Shown piece by piece: positions 1 through 9,328 of a DNA stretch of 64,000 nt. A program made the translations under genes and the position numbers. Within the stretch, counting starts at the first letter, position 1. Each line of letters begins with the position of its first letter. Source of the DNA: Bacteroidia bacterium (lineage in GTDB: Bacteria > Bacteroidota > Bacteroidia > UKL13-3); contig JBIMKP010000007.1 of assembly GCA_051861545.1 (NCBI GenBank), positions 5,206 to 69,205 on the forward strand, given 5' to 3'. The notes under the pieces are model-generated. The model saw nothing but the letters and a program-made list of their open reading frames with translations, had not been told where the DNA came from and made no database searches.

Positions 1-11
1 ACGCATTTGGA

Positions 12-1199
12 ATGGGTATTGGTTACGAAACAGGTAATTTCAAGAATTTTCAAATTGGTATAAGTGGATATTTTATTTATAACTTAGGTTCATCAGATTT
101 AGCTGCAAAAGACCCTTATGCAAAACAAAGCAGTAGGTATGAAATTGGTTTGTTTGATATCGAAAATCCGAATAACCATTCAGATTTAGATAGGTTAGAA
201 GATTTATACCTCAAGTATAATTTCAAAAAATCAAACCTTAAATTTGGTAAACAGCACATTAAAACACCATTTATCAATCCTCAAGATGGTAGAATGAGAC
301 CAACTTTGGTTGATGGTTTGATTTTAAGTTTGAATGATATAAAAAACACGAATATTGAAGCAGGTTATTTGTTCTCAGTTTCACCAAGAAGTACTGTTAA
401 ATGGTATGATATTGGGGAGTCTATTGGTGTTTATCCAAGTGGTTTAAGTCCAGATGGAACCAAATCTTCCTATAAAGGCAAAATAAGAAGTGATTATATT
501 TTGTACCTCGGACTTTCTCGTAAAATTGCTAAAACGCATAAAATTGAAGTTTGGGATATGTTGGTTGAAAATGTATTTCACAATACCCTTTTGCAATATA
601 CTGGTGATATTAAAACAGGTAAGAAACAAAAGCTTTTACTTGGTGCACAGTTTATCGCTAATCAAGCAGTAAATAATGGAGGAAATGAAAACCAATCCGA
701 AACTTATATGAATAAAGATGCTAAGTCTTATACATTTGGTTCAAGAATTGGATATTCTAAGGAAAATTTAGGGCAGCTAACTTTTAATTACAATAGAATT
801 ACCTCACATGGCCGTTATTTAATGCCAAGAGAATGGGGTAGAGATCCGTTTTTTACCTTTATGCCTCGTGAAAGAAATGAAGGTTTTGGAGACGTACATG
901 CGTTTAATATGGTTGCAAGTAAATACTTTGAGAAAAAACGTATGAAGGCCGATTTGAGTTATGGTCGTTTTTATTTACCGAGTGTAAGTAATGTAAATTT
1001 AAATAAGTATGGAATGCCATCTTATTGGCAATTAAATGCAGATGTAAAATACATTGCTTCGGGTTTTTTAAAAGGATTTGAGTTTGAATTATTATATGTT
1101 TACAAGGGACAATTAAATTCTGATTTTCACCAGTCAGATTACGTAATGAATAAGGTTGATATGAGTTTAATTAACTTATTGGTAAATTACCATTTTTAA
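12..1199 (+). CDS. Outer-membrane beta-barrel protein, probably 5'-truncated at the window edge
   Basis: The reading frame is open back to nt 3 (..AFGMGIGYETGN), so the gene likely starts upstream. Alternating amphipathic beta-strand pattern with aromatic-rich strands. C-terminus ends ...LVNYHF, with the terminal Phe typical of OM beta-barrels. Confidence 0.5.
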   Translation: MGIGYETGNFKNFQIGISGYFIYNLGSSDLAAKDPYAKQSSRYEIGLFDIENPNNHSDLDRLEDLYLKYNFKKSNLKFGKQHIKTPFINPQDGRMRPTLVDGLILSLNDIKNTNIEAGYLFSVSPRSTVKWYDIGESIGVYPSGLSPDGTKSSYKGKIRSDYILYLGLSRKIAKTHKIEVWDMLVENVFHNTLLQYTGDIKTGKKQKLLLGAQFIANQAVNNGGNENQSETYMNKDAKSYTFGSRIGYSKENLGQLTFNYNRITSHGRYLMPREWGRDPFFTFMPRERNEGFGDVHAFNMVASKYFEKKRMKADLSYGRFYLPSVSNVNLNKYGMPSYWQLNADVKYIASGFLKGFEFELLYVYKGQLNSDFHQSDYVMNKVDMSLINLLVNYHF

Positions 1200-1202
1200 A
1201 AA

Positions 1203-2915
1203 TTGATTATGAAGGATACAAATACAAAACAAAGAAGAGATTTTTTAAAGAATTTAGGTTTATTGGGAATGGGTGCTACTGTTATTCCAAGTTTAAGTGC
1301 CGATGCCAGTTCAATTGATTCTAATGAGTTTTTAAACACAGATGCAGTTGAAATGGATAAGGAAAAAACAATCCAAATTCTTCAAACTACAGATGTGCAT
1401 TGTCAGGTGTATCCTCATGATGAATTGTTCTGGGAAAATGAGCAACTTACATTTAGAAAAGCTGGTGGATACGCACATTTGGCCACCTATTTCAAAAATG
1501 CTAAGAAGAAAAATCCAAATACCTTTATTCTTGATACTGGTGACATGTTTCAGGGAAGTGAATTGGCTGTAAAAACTACGGGTAAGGCTTTGGTACCAAT
1601 TTTAAATTCTCTTGGATACCAATTGTACTTGCCAGGAAACTGGGAGGTTGTGTATTATAAAAAGGCTATGCAGACTTTAATGGGTGCTTTAAATGCTCCG
1701 AAGGTTTGTGCAAATATGTACCACGATTTAGGTGAGGGTAAAAAAGGCGAATTGATTTTTAATCCATATTATATTTGGAATGTTGAAGGAGTTAAAATTG
1801 GATTTTTAGGTTATACTGATCCTTTAGTTCCTTTACGCCAATCGCCCAATTATAGCAAGGGAATCATTTATACCAAGCCTGAAGAAAATATCAAACATTA
1901 TGTTGATGTATTAAAAAATGATGAGCAATGTGCTTTTATCATTATTCTTTCTCATTTGGGTTTATCACAACAAATTGCTTTGGCTAATGATGTTGTTTGT
2001 GAAGGTGTAGATTACATTTTTGGTGGCGATACACATGAAAGAGTTAGAAAACCCATTCAATGTAAATATGCTAAAGTAGTTGAGCCTGGTGCTTTTGGTT
2101 CGTTTGTTGGTAAACTTGAATTAAAAATAAAAGGAGGAAAGGTAATTGCTGATTCTTATGTTTTAGATGAAGTTGAACCCAATAAGTTAAAAGCCGATGC
2201 AGCTGTAACAAAATTGATTCAAGCAAATGAAGAGCCATTTTCTAAAGATATCAATGAAATTGCAGGTTATAGCACTTTGCCATTATACAGAAATTTCGTA
2301 GTTGAAAACACCATTGATACCATGATTTTAAATGCGCTTCATTGGCAATTACCAGAAATTGATATTGTACTTTCAAATGGTTTTAGATTTTGTCCACCAA
2401 GAAACACTCCCGACAAAACTGGAAATATTCCAATAACCAATGGTTTTATATTTGATATGTTGCCTGTTGATAGCACAGTAAGAACAGGTAAAGTAACAGG
2501 TAAACAAATTTTCGATTGGTTAGAAAAGGAATTAAACAATGTGTTTGCTAAAGATGCTTCGAAACGTTTTGGTGGTTGGGTGATTAAATTTAAAGGAATG
2601 AGCATTGAATTTAAAGCTTTTGAGGCTATGGGAAGCAGGGTTCAAAAGGTTTTGGTGAAAGGAGTTCCATTAGATGTAAATGCTACTTATACAGTTTGTG
2701 CTTGTGAAAGAGATGGCGATCCTGCTGATATGCTATGTAGAATAAAAAATGTTCAGGATGCGAAAAACACCTCACATACTTTGCATCAGGTAATGAAAGA
2801 TTATTTGAAAAACAATTCACCAGTTACTCCAAGTTTACCTTTAAGCGCGAAGATTCTAGATGCACCTCAAACATTGTTAAGTCAGGTTTATGGAGTGGAT
2901 TATCAGTTTAAATAG
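1203..2915 (+). CDS. Tat-secreted metallophosphoesterase / 5'-nucleotidase family protein (SoxB-like architecture)
   Basis: Twin-arginine signal RRDFLKNLGLLGMGA. Calcineurin-like motifs DVHCQ, GDMFQG, GNWE. C-terminal 5'-nucleotidase-type domain; about 570 aa. Confidence 0.65.
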   Translation: MIMKDTNTKQRRDFLKNLGLLGMGATVIPSLSADASSIDSNEFLNTDAVEMDKEKTIQILQTTDVHCQVYPHDELFWENEQLTFRKAGGYAHLATYFKNAKKKNPNTFILDTGDMFQGSELAVKTTGKALVPILNSLGYQLYLPGNWEVVYYKKAMQTLMGALNAPKVCANMYHDLGEGKKGELIFNPYYIWNVEGVKIGFLGYTDPLVPLRQSPNYSKGIIYTKPEENIKHYVDVLKNDEQCAFIIILSHLGLSQQIALANDVVCEGVDYIFGGDTHERVRKPIQCKYAKVVEPGAFGSFVGKLELKIKGGKVIADSYVLDEVEPNKLKADAAVTKLIQANEEPFSKDINEIAGYSTLPLYRNFVVENTIDTMILNALHWQLPEIDIVLSNGFRFCPPRNTPDKTGNIPITNGFIFDMLPVDSTVRTGKVTGKQIFDWLEKELNNVFAKDASKRFGGWVIKFKGMSIEFKAFEAMGSRVQKVLVKGVPLDVNATYTVCACERDGDPADMLCRIKNVQDAKNTSHTLHQVMKDYLKNNSPVTPSLPLSAKILDAPQTLLSQVYGVDYQFK

Positions 2916-2925
2916 GTTAGATGAA

Positions 2926-2986
2926 TGAATTACATTTTGATGTGATTTTTTATATATCAAAATGTAATTCATTGATATTAGTAGAA
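2926..2986. repeat. 18-bp-arm perfect inverted repeat (aatgaattacattttgat / atcaaaatgtaattcatt) with an AT-rich spacer
   Basis: Read directly in the sequence downstream of the 5'-nucleotidase stop. No T-run follows, so it is not a classical terminator. Confidence 0.5.
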
Positions 2987-3061
2987 TTAATTCATGTTGT
3001 TTCATTTAATTGTATTTATGTTTGATTCTATTTTTTATAGAAATAGATTTTATTCCAACTC

Positions 3062-3472
3062 ATGAAATTAAATTTTAAACTAAAATCATCCACTCAAAAA
3101 GTATTCTCAATTTTATCTGATGCTAAACAATTTGAAAAATTCCATCCGGTAATTTTCAAAATTGATGATTTGGGAAACGATAATTACTTTATTCATGAAA
3201 CCTTGAAATTTTTATTCATTCCTATCACATTTACTTATCCGGCTAAAATCTTATCAAACAAAGAAAAAGGAATGGTACAAATGAATGCAGTTGTGATGAA
3301 ACTAGTTAAAGTTGAATTGAACTTTTTAATAAAAGATTTTACTACTTATACTGAAGTTGTTGAAGATATAAAGATAAATTCTTGGTTGCCTGCACATCCT
3401 GTAATGATGATGATTTTTAAAAAACAACATGGAAAATTGTTTTTAAATATTGATGCCGATTTAGTTTCTTAA
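3062..3472 (+). CDS. SRPBCC (START/polyketide-cyclase-like) domain protein
   Basis: 136 aa. N-terminus MKLNFKLKSSTQKVFSILSDAKQFEKFHP is typical of SRPBCC ligand-binding proteins. Confidence 0.4.
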   Translation: MKLNFKLKSSTQKVFSILSDAKQFEKFHPVIFKIDDLGNDNYFIHETLKFLFIPITFTYPAKILSNKEKGMVQMNAVVMKLVKVELNFLIKDFTTYTEVVEDIKINSWLPAHPVMMMIFKKQHGKLFLNIDADLVS

Positions 3473-3612
3473 TTGCTGTTTGTTTGATTTAAAATCAAAT
3501 ATTTTTTTAGTTTAATTTTACTACTAATTCTTTCCATTATTTCAATAAAAAAAACAGACATTAACTGATTTTTGTCTGAATTCATTTCAATCTATTTTAA
3601 GAAATTTGTAAA

Positions 3613-4371
3613 ATGAAATCGTTTCTGGTTCTGGTCTTTTATATGTTAATGGGTTTTCAAATTTTGGCACAGGTTCAAAAACAAACCAAGGAAGATACAC
3701 ACGTTTGGATTGCTTTTATTTCGAGTATTCAGTTAAATGAAAAATGGAATTTATTAGCAGATGTTCATTATAGAAGAACGGAGTTTTTAAACAGACCAGG
3801 CTTTTTTGTTGCAAGAGTAGCTCCTGAATATAAGTTTAAATCGGGATTTAAATTAGCTGCTGGTTATGCCAATTTACTTTCTGCTCCAACAATTTCTACT
3901 TTAAATACTTGGGCAGATGAACACCGGATTTTTCAACAACTGATTTATCCGTCTTCAATTGGGAAAATTTCTTTACTACATCGAATTAGGAACGAACAAA
4001 GATGGAGGCAGATAATGGATACCAAAAACGATACATGGACAGGTGAATATGCTTTTACAAACCGGGTTCGTTATTTATTAAGTTTGAATATTCCAATCAA
4101 TCATTCCGAAAAACATCCTGCATTTATTCTTGCTGATGAAATTTTAGTTCATTTCGGAAAAAGTATCACCTATAATACTTTCGATCAGAACAGAATATTT
4201 CTGGGTTACCGACAAAATATCAGCAAAAAATTGGCATTTGATGTTGGTTATATGCGGATTTTTCAACAAAAACAAACAGGCTTTCAATACGATTTAAACC
4301 ATACCATCCGATTGTTTTTTTACGGCAATTTTAGCGGAGAACACCATAAAAATCATCAACATTCACTTTAG
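3613..4371 (+). CDS. Hypothetical secreted protein
   Basis: N-terminal signal peptide (MKSFLVLVFYMLMGFQILAQ). Aromatic-rich beta-strand-like repeats. No catalytic motif recognised. Confidence 0.4.
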   Translation: MKSFLVLVFYMLMGFQILAQVQKQTKEDTHVWIAFISSIQLNEKWNLLADVHYRRTEFLNRPGFFVARVAPEYKFKSGFKLAAGYANLLSAPTISTLNTWADEHRIFQQLIYPSSIGKISLLHRIRNEQRWRQIMDTKNDTWTGEYAFTNRVRYLLSLNIPINHSEKHPAFILADEILVHFGKSITYNTFDQNRIFLGYRQNISKKLAFDVGYMRIFQQKQTGFQYDLNHTIRLFFYGNFSGEHHKNHQHSL

Positions 4372-4408
4372 TTTTCTTGGTTTGAATAAGCTTTGTATTT
4401 GCTTAAAT

Positions 4409-4796
4409 GGATAGCTATATTTTTACTGTAAGTGATTTTTAGTAAATAGGGTTCATATTTTGATTGAAATTTTCAAAAAGTAGTTTGGTTTTAAATTTCT
4501 CTATTTTACAAAATTTAAGACCCCGATAGGTGGTCTCATGTTTATAGAAAAATGCTTTAGATAGACTTCTCCTCCCATTTCTCTTCAAGGCGGACCTTCG
4601 GTCCGCCTTGAAGAGAAATGGGAGGGACTTTGCATTAAATTTCTTTTTCTATAATCATGTCATCCCTTCTGGATTTTTAAAAACTTGTTCTAGTTCTCGT
4701 TTATCTTTTAGGGTTGATTTTAATGAGTATAATCAAAATAAAATTATTTAAGATTCGCTAAAGGTTTTTTCTAGTATAAAGCCGCTTAATCGTATT
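4409..4796. mobile_element. MITE-like intergenic repeat, copy 1 (~390 bp, non-coding)
   Basis: Shares conserved blocks with the copies at 9545, 33202 and 47346: ttttcaaaaa.tagtttgg, aagaccccgataggtggtctcatgtttatagaaaaatgct, ataatcatgtcatccctt. Contains a perfect 55-bp palindrome at 4571-4625. Confidence 0.7.
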
Positions 4797-4837
4797 GCTA
4801 AATTTGATTTTCATCTTCTTTTTAGCATCTTGCTAAC

Positions 4838-6514
4838 ATGAAGAAGATAAATATTCTATTTGTATTGCTTATTTTATTTGGCTGTACAACAGAAAAATCA
4901 AACAATAATAATTTCGAAAATACACGTCAAAGTTTTATTTCATCTTGGTGGAAACAGTTTCCAACATCTGCTACAACTGCGGGTTTTCATGATTATGATG
5001 CGGAATTATTGGCTTATGATAAATCTTGCAGAGAAGCTGATAAGGCTTTTGTAAATGCTTGGTTAGATACATTGTCTCATTTAGAAACTTCGAAACTTGA
5101 GTCGAATGATTTAACAGATTTAGCATTAATGAAAGGTGCTTTGCAATCAATCTTGTTTTATACAGACACTTTAAAAGCCTGGCAATGGGATCCATCTAAT
5201 TATAATGTAGCTGGTGCTTTTGCCGATATTATCAATGCTAAGAATTTAGATTCATTACAAAAACGTACTTATATTCAAGCAAGAATTAAAAAGGTAAAAT
5301 CTTACTATGATGCGGCAAAGGCAAACATCGAAAATCCTTCTCCAGAACATACGCAATTGGCTATTGAGCAAAGCGAAGGTGTTAAAGAATATTTGAATTC
5401 TGAAGTATTGAATTGGGTTGAAACAAAGGCCGATTTACAAGAAGCGGTTTCTGCTATTGATGGATTTTCTGCCTATCTAAAAACGATTCTTCCAACAGCA
5501 AAAAGAGATTTTAGAATAGGAAAAGAATTGTTTGATATTAAGTTTAAACACGATATACAATCTGAGTGGACAGCTGCTGAGGTTTACGAAAAGGCCATCA
5601 ACAGAAAAAAGGAATTACATCTTGAAATGGCTAAACTGACAAAGGAGCTATGGTCGAAATACATGAATGTTGAAATGCCAAAAGATACTTTAAAAGCGAT
5701 TTCTGCACTCATCAATAAAATTTCAGAAAAACATGCACATCGTGATTCATTTATTCAGTCGATTGAAAAACAAATTCCGGAGTTGCAAGCATTTGTAAAT
5801 GAAAAGCAATTATTGTTTTTAGATCCGAAAAAACCTTTGAAAGTAAGAAGAACTCCTGGTTATATGGATGGTGTTGCAGGTGCAAGCATCAGTGCACCTG
5901 GTCCCTACGACAAAGATGCGGAGACGTTTTACAATGTAAGTACCTTAGAAAAATTTAGCAATGAAAGTGCCGAAAGTTATTTGAGAGAATACAACCATTA
6001 TATCCTTCAAATTTTAAATATACATGAGGCTATACCTGGACATTATGCGCAATTGGTTTATTCAAACAATTCGCCTTCTATTATTAAATCGGTATTTGGA
6101 AATGGTGCCATGGTTGAAGGTTGGGCCGTTTACACAGAACGAATGATGATTGAAGCTGGTTATGGAAATTCAGAACCAGAAATGTTACTGATGTACAACA
6201 AATGGCATTTGAGAACCGTTTGTAATACTATTTTAGATTATAGTGTGCATGTAAAAGGCTGGAAAAAGGAAGATGCTATTCATTTGTTGGTGAATGAAGC
6301 TTTTCAGCAACAAGCAGAAGCAGAAGGAAAATGGAGAAGGGTTCAATTATCTCAAGTGCAATTGTGTAGTTATTTTACAGGTTATTCCGAAATTTTTGCT
6401 TTGAGGGAAGAAATGAAAAAAGCATCATCATTTGATTTGAAGAAATTCCATGAAAGCTTTTTAAGTTTTGGAAGTGCGCCTGTTAAAGAAATTAAAAAAC
6501 TAATGTTGAAATAA
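4838..6514 (+). CDS. DUF885-family lipoprotein (putative metallopeptidase-like)
   Basis: Lipobox LFGC. 558 aa. HEAIPGHY motif characteristic of DUF885. Confidence 0.6.
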   Translation: MKKINILFVLLILFGCTTEKSNNNNFENTRQSFISSWWKQFPTSATTAGFHDYDAELLAYDKSCREADKAFVNAWLDTLSHLETSKLESNDLTDLALMKGALQSILFYTDTLKAWQWDPSNYNVAGAFADIINAKNLDSLQKRTYIQARIKKVKSYYDAAKANIENPSPEHTQLAIEQSEGVKEYLNSEVLNWVETKADLQEAVSAIDGFSAYLKTILPTAKRDFRIGKELFDIKFKHDIQSEWTAAEVYEKAINRKKELHLEMAKLTKELWSKYMNVEMPKDTLKAISALINKISEKHAHRDSFIQSIEKQIPELQAFVNEKQLLFLDPKKPLKVRRTPGYMDGVAGASISAPGPYDKDAETFYNVSTLEKFSNESAESYLREYNHYILQILNIHEAIPGHYAQLVYSNNSPSIIKSVFGNGAMVEGWAVYTERMMIEAGYGNSEPEMLLMYNKWHLRTVCNTILDYSVHVKGWKKEDAIHLLVNEAFQQQAEAEGKWRRVQLSQVQLCSYFTGYSEIFALREEMKKASSFDLKKFHESFLSFGSAPVKEIKKLMLK

Positions 6515-6516
6515 AT

Positions 6517-6960
6517 ATGAAATTGTTAAAAGGAACAGTAATGCTAATGTTTTTTCTGATGGCTACTGCTTTTCAGGTACAAACTGGCGATGAAATTTTA
6601 GGTGAATGGTTAAGTTCGAGTGGGGAAGGAAAGTTCAGGATATTTAAATCGGGTGAATATTATTACGGAACTATTTATTGGTTAAAAGAACCTAATACTG
6701 AAAAAGGCGAACCTAAATTAGACGATAATAATCCAGATCCAAGCAAACGTTCAAGAAAAATACAAGGATTGATGTTATTGAAAAGCTTTAAATTCAATGC
6801 TAAAAGTAAAACATGGGACAATGGAGAAATTTATGATCCTGAAAGCGGAAAAACCTACAGTTGTAACATGAAAATGGAAACAGCAGATAAGTTAAACATT
6901 CGCGGATATATAGGAATTTCTCTTATTGGTAGAACAGAAGTTTGGACTAGGGTGAAGTAG
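6517..6960 (+). CDS. DUF2147-family secreted protein
   Basis: Signal peptide. Conserved GEW...G.F.I.....YYG.I.W motif. 147 aa. Confidence 0.55.
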   Translation: MKLLKGTVMLMFFLMATAFQVQTGDEILGEWLSSSGEGKFRIFKSGEYYYGTIYWLKEPNTEKGEPKLDDNNPDPSKRSRKIQGLMLLKSFKFNAKSKTWDNGEIYDPESGKTYSCNMKMETADKLNIRGYIGISLIGRTEVWTRVK

Positions 6961-6972
6961 AAATTATTTTAG

Positions 6973-7701
6973 ATGTTATTAAAAGCAATTACGATTTTTA
7001 TTGGATTTGGTTTTTTTCTATCTAATTCAGAAAGTTTCTTTTCGATTAATAAACCCGTAGTTAATAGGGGATATAATTTTACTCAAACTGATTGTAATTA
7101 CTTAGATTTTAAACAGTCAATTAAAACTCTAAATACACAGAACAGAGTTGATATAAAGTTGAAAAGGAGAACTGACCTTCTAATTCAACCTTTTAATGTT
7201 TACGAATTCAAAAAGAAAGTTGAAGGCAGTAATAGTGGAGGAGCCTCGGTAAATCCAATTTGGTTTAAGCCAGCATACAAAGGGTTTTACTATCGATTTT
7301 TTATGTTTGATGGATTAAAGGCTTACAAAGGCAGAAATAAGCATGACACCATAAGGTCAAAATTCGATTTGAGTATTTTCACATATAAGCCTTATGGTAA
7401 ATATGAAGCGGAATTTATTGATCCTCATGAGGAAATTATTGAAGTTGAATTAGATAGGAATTTTTATGATTTACCCGAACTTGCTTTTATAGAATTTCAT
7501 AAAAAAGAAATAATTGATTTTATTGGTAAACCTGTTTATGAAAAGTCTGATTGTTTTATTTATCAGTATAAAAATTCTTTACTTTTGATTCATTTTCAGA
7601 TAGATAGGGTTAATTGGATAAAATATATCAGATTGAAATCCAATAAAATCAATACGGAACAATGGAAGGAACTTTGTTCTAGAAATATCAATGTTTGGTA
7701 A
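6973..7701 (+). CDS. Hypothetical protein
   Basis: 242-aa ORF with an N-terminal hydrophobic segment. Good coding periodicity. No recognised motif. Confidence 0.4.
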   Translation: MLLKAITIFIGFGFFLSNSESFFSINKPVVNRGYNFTQTDCNYLDFKQSIKTLNTQNRVDIKLKRRTDLLIQPFNVYEFKKKVEGSNSGGASVNPIWFKPAYKGFYYRFFMFDGLKAYKGRNKHDTIRSKFDLSIFTYKPYGKYEAEFIDPHEEIIEVELDRNFYDLPELAFIEFHKKEIIDFIGKPVYEKSDCFIYQYKNSLLLIHFQIDRVNWIKYIRLKSNKINTEQWKELCSRNINVW

Positions 7702-7771
7702 AATTTCTGATTTTGTTCATGTATGGCTATCTGAAAAGGAATAATTCAATAGAAGTATTACTTTCGCAGCA

Positions 7772-8431
7772 ATGATTAGTCCCTGGAAAATTTTATCGGT
7801 TGTACTCATTTTATACGCCCTAATTGGTGGTTTGTTGATGCCAGTTCCTGAATTACCGATTCTTGAACAAAGTATCAGAAATTTGTATTACCACGTACCA
7901 ATGTGGTTTTCAATGGTTTTATTGTTGTTAGCTTCTGCAGTTCATGCTGTTAAAGTGCTAGGAGGCAAGGGTTTAGAAGCTGATGTCAAATCAAACATTT
8001 TTGCAACTGTAGGAATGTTATATGGCACAATTGGAATTGTTACCGGAATGATTTGGGCAAAAAACACTTGGGGTGCTTATTGGGTATCCGACCCTAAATT
8101 AAACTCCGCAGCTATCGGAATGCTTATGTATTCAGCCTATTTCGTTTTAAGAGGTTCATTTGAAGACGAAGAAAAAAAGGCCAGATATGCTGCCATTTAT
8201 AATTTATTCTGTTTTCCTGTTTTTGTTGTGTTGATATTTGTAATTCCTCGTTTAACAGATTCATTACATCCTGGTAATGGAGGAAATCCTGGGTTTAATC
8301 AATATGACTTAGATAGCAGATTAAGAATGGTATTTTATCCTGCCGTTATAGGTTGGGTTTTAATGGGCTTCTGGATTGCCAATTTAGGTATCAGAGTAAA
8401 ATTATTGGAATTAAAAAAGTGGTTAGATTAA
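7772..8431 (+). CDS. ccmC: Cytochrome c maturation heme exporter subunit CcmC
   Basis: Polytopic membrane protein with the tryptophan-rich WD motif WGAYWVSDPKLN (WGxxWxWD-type). Followed by ccmD-like, ccmE and ccmF. Confidence 0.7.
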   Translation: MISPWKILSVVLILYALIGGLLMPVPELPILEQSIRNLYYHVPMWFSMVLLLLASAVHAVKVLGGKGLEADVKSNIFATVGMLYGTIGIVTGMIWAKNTWGAYWVSDPKLNSAAIGMLMYSAYFVLRGSFEDEEKKARYAAIYNLFCFPVFVVLIFVIPRLTDSLHPGNGGNPGFNQYDLDSRLRMVFYPAVIGWVLMGFWIANLGIRVKLLELKKWLD

Positions 8432-8444
8432 TAAAGTTAAGTAC

Positions 8445-8615
8445 ATGAAAAATATATTGTTTAATCAAATAACAAAAAGTGCAGAACAGCCTGATTTAGT
8501 AGGAACTGGAAAGTTTTATGTAGTTGTAGGTGTAATTGCAGTTTTGTTTTTAGGTATTGTAAGTTATATGGTAAGTCTAGATTTAAAAATTAAAAAATTA
8601 GAGAAAAAAGACTAG
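8445..8615 (+). CDS. Small single-TM protein, CcmD-like
   Basis: 56-aa ORF not in the supplied track (below 60 aa), sitting between ccmC and ccmE. One TM helix (FYVVVGVIAVLFLGIVSYMV). Start overlaps the ccmC stop region and stop abuts the ccmE start. Confidence 0.4.
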   Translation: MKNILFNQITKSAEQPDLVGTGKFYVVVGVIAVLFLGIVSYMVSLDLKIKKLEKKD

Positions 8616-8617
8616 TT

Positions 8618-9001
8618 ATGAAAAAGACTTATATATTAGGTATTGCTTTAATTGGTATTGCAATTGCTGCCATTGTTAGTATGTATGGCGATGCTAGCAC
8701 TTATGAAAATTTTGAAGTTGCTATGGAAAATCCGGGTAGAGAATTTCATGTGGTTGGGGTATTAAATAGAGAAAAAGAGAAGTTTTATAATCCACAGGAA
8801 GATCCAAATTATTTTACTTTTTTTATGGTTGATGAAAAGGGCAAGGAAAGCAAAGTTGTTTACCACAATCCAGAGCCAGCCGACTTCGACCGATCTGAAA
8901 AAATTGTAATTGTAGGAAAGATGGATGGAGATCATTTTGAAGCTTCAAAAATTCTATTAAAATGTCCGAGTAAATACACCGATAACCAGGTGAAAACTTA
9001 A
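8618..9001 (+). CDS. ccmE: Cytochrome c maturation heme chaperone CcmE, CxxxY variant
   Basis: N-terminal TM anchor plus OB-fold. FTFFMVDEKGKESKVVY...IVIVGKMDGDHFEASKILLKCPSKY aligns with E. coli CcmE ...HILAKEVLAKHDENY. The heme-binding His is replaced by Cys (KCPSKY). Confidence 0.65.
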   Translation: MKKTYILGIALIGIAIAAIVSMYGDASTYENFEVAMENPGREFHVVGVLNREKEKFYNPQEDPNYFTFFMVDEKGKESKVVYHNPEPADFDRSEKIVIVGKMDGDHFEASKILLKCPSKYTDNQVKT

Positions 9002-9025
9002 GGAAATTAACATAAATCTATTTAA

Positions 9026-9054
9026 AAGCTGCTCAAGAATGTGCAGCTTTTTTT
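9026..9054. terminator. Bidirectional rho-independent terminator after ccmE
   Basis: Hairpin aagctgc-tcaagaatgt-gcagctt followed by an 8-nt T-run. The complementary strand also reads stem plus TTTT, serving the convergent small gene. Confidence 0.6.
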
Positions 9055-9076
9055 GTGGCTTTGATTTTTATTTCTT

Positions 9077-9328
9077 TCAAAAAGTTAACTTACTAGAACT
9101 GCTGGAAAAGGTTCTACTTTCATTAATTACATTGATGATTTCCTCAGCTGATTCATTTGAATCCCATGCTCCATATGACTCAAAAAATGAAGACTTTTTT
9201 TCTGTAATGTCAGTCTTTACTGATTGTGTAAGCTTTGAGATAAGGTCAAGTTTATTACTTGGACTAAGATTATCTAACATTTTTAAATAACCATCAATTA
9301 AGGTCGTATTTATGTCTATAGCTTTCAT
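9077..9328 (-). CDS. Hypothetical small acidic protein
   Basis: 83-aa ORF convergent with ccmE and ending at the bidirectional terminator. Protein-like composition (..FFESYGAWDSNESAEEIINVINESR..). The overlapping + strand ORF 9039-9290 is low-complexity and unlikely. Confidence 0.4.
   Translation of the reverse strand: MKAIDINTTLIDGYLKMLDNLSPSNKLDLISKLTQSVKTDITEKKSSFFESYGAWDSNESAEEIINVINESRTFSSSSSKLTF

Noticed and set aside
444-672. Short antisense or embedded track ORFs inside larger genes
   Set aside because: Examples include 444-629, 1342-1572, 2339-2605, 4860-5195, 11359-11610, 21171-21422, 32330-32876, 34601-34828, 53854-54063, 57423-57776 and 60275-61096. All are nested in well-supported longer CDSs, are low-complexity, and lack independent signals.
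9039-9290. + strand 83-aa ORF between ccmE and the repeat
   Set aside because: Low-complexity, Phe/Ser-rich. The convergent minus-strand ORF 9077-9328 has more protein-like composition and ends at the bidirectional terminator.
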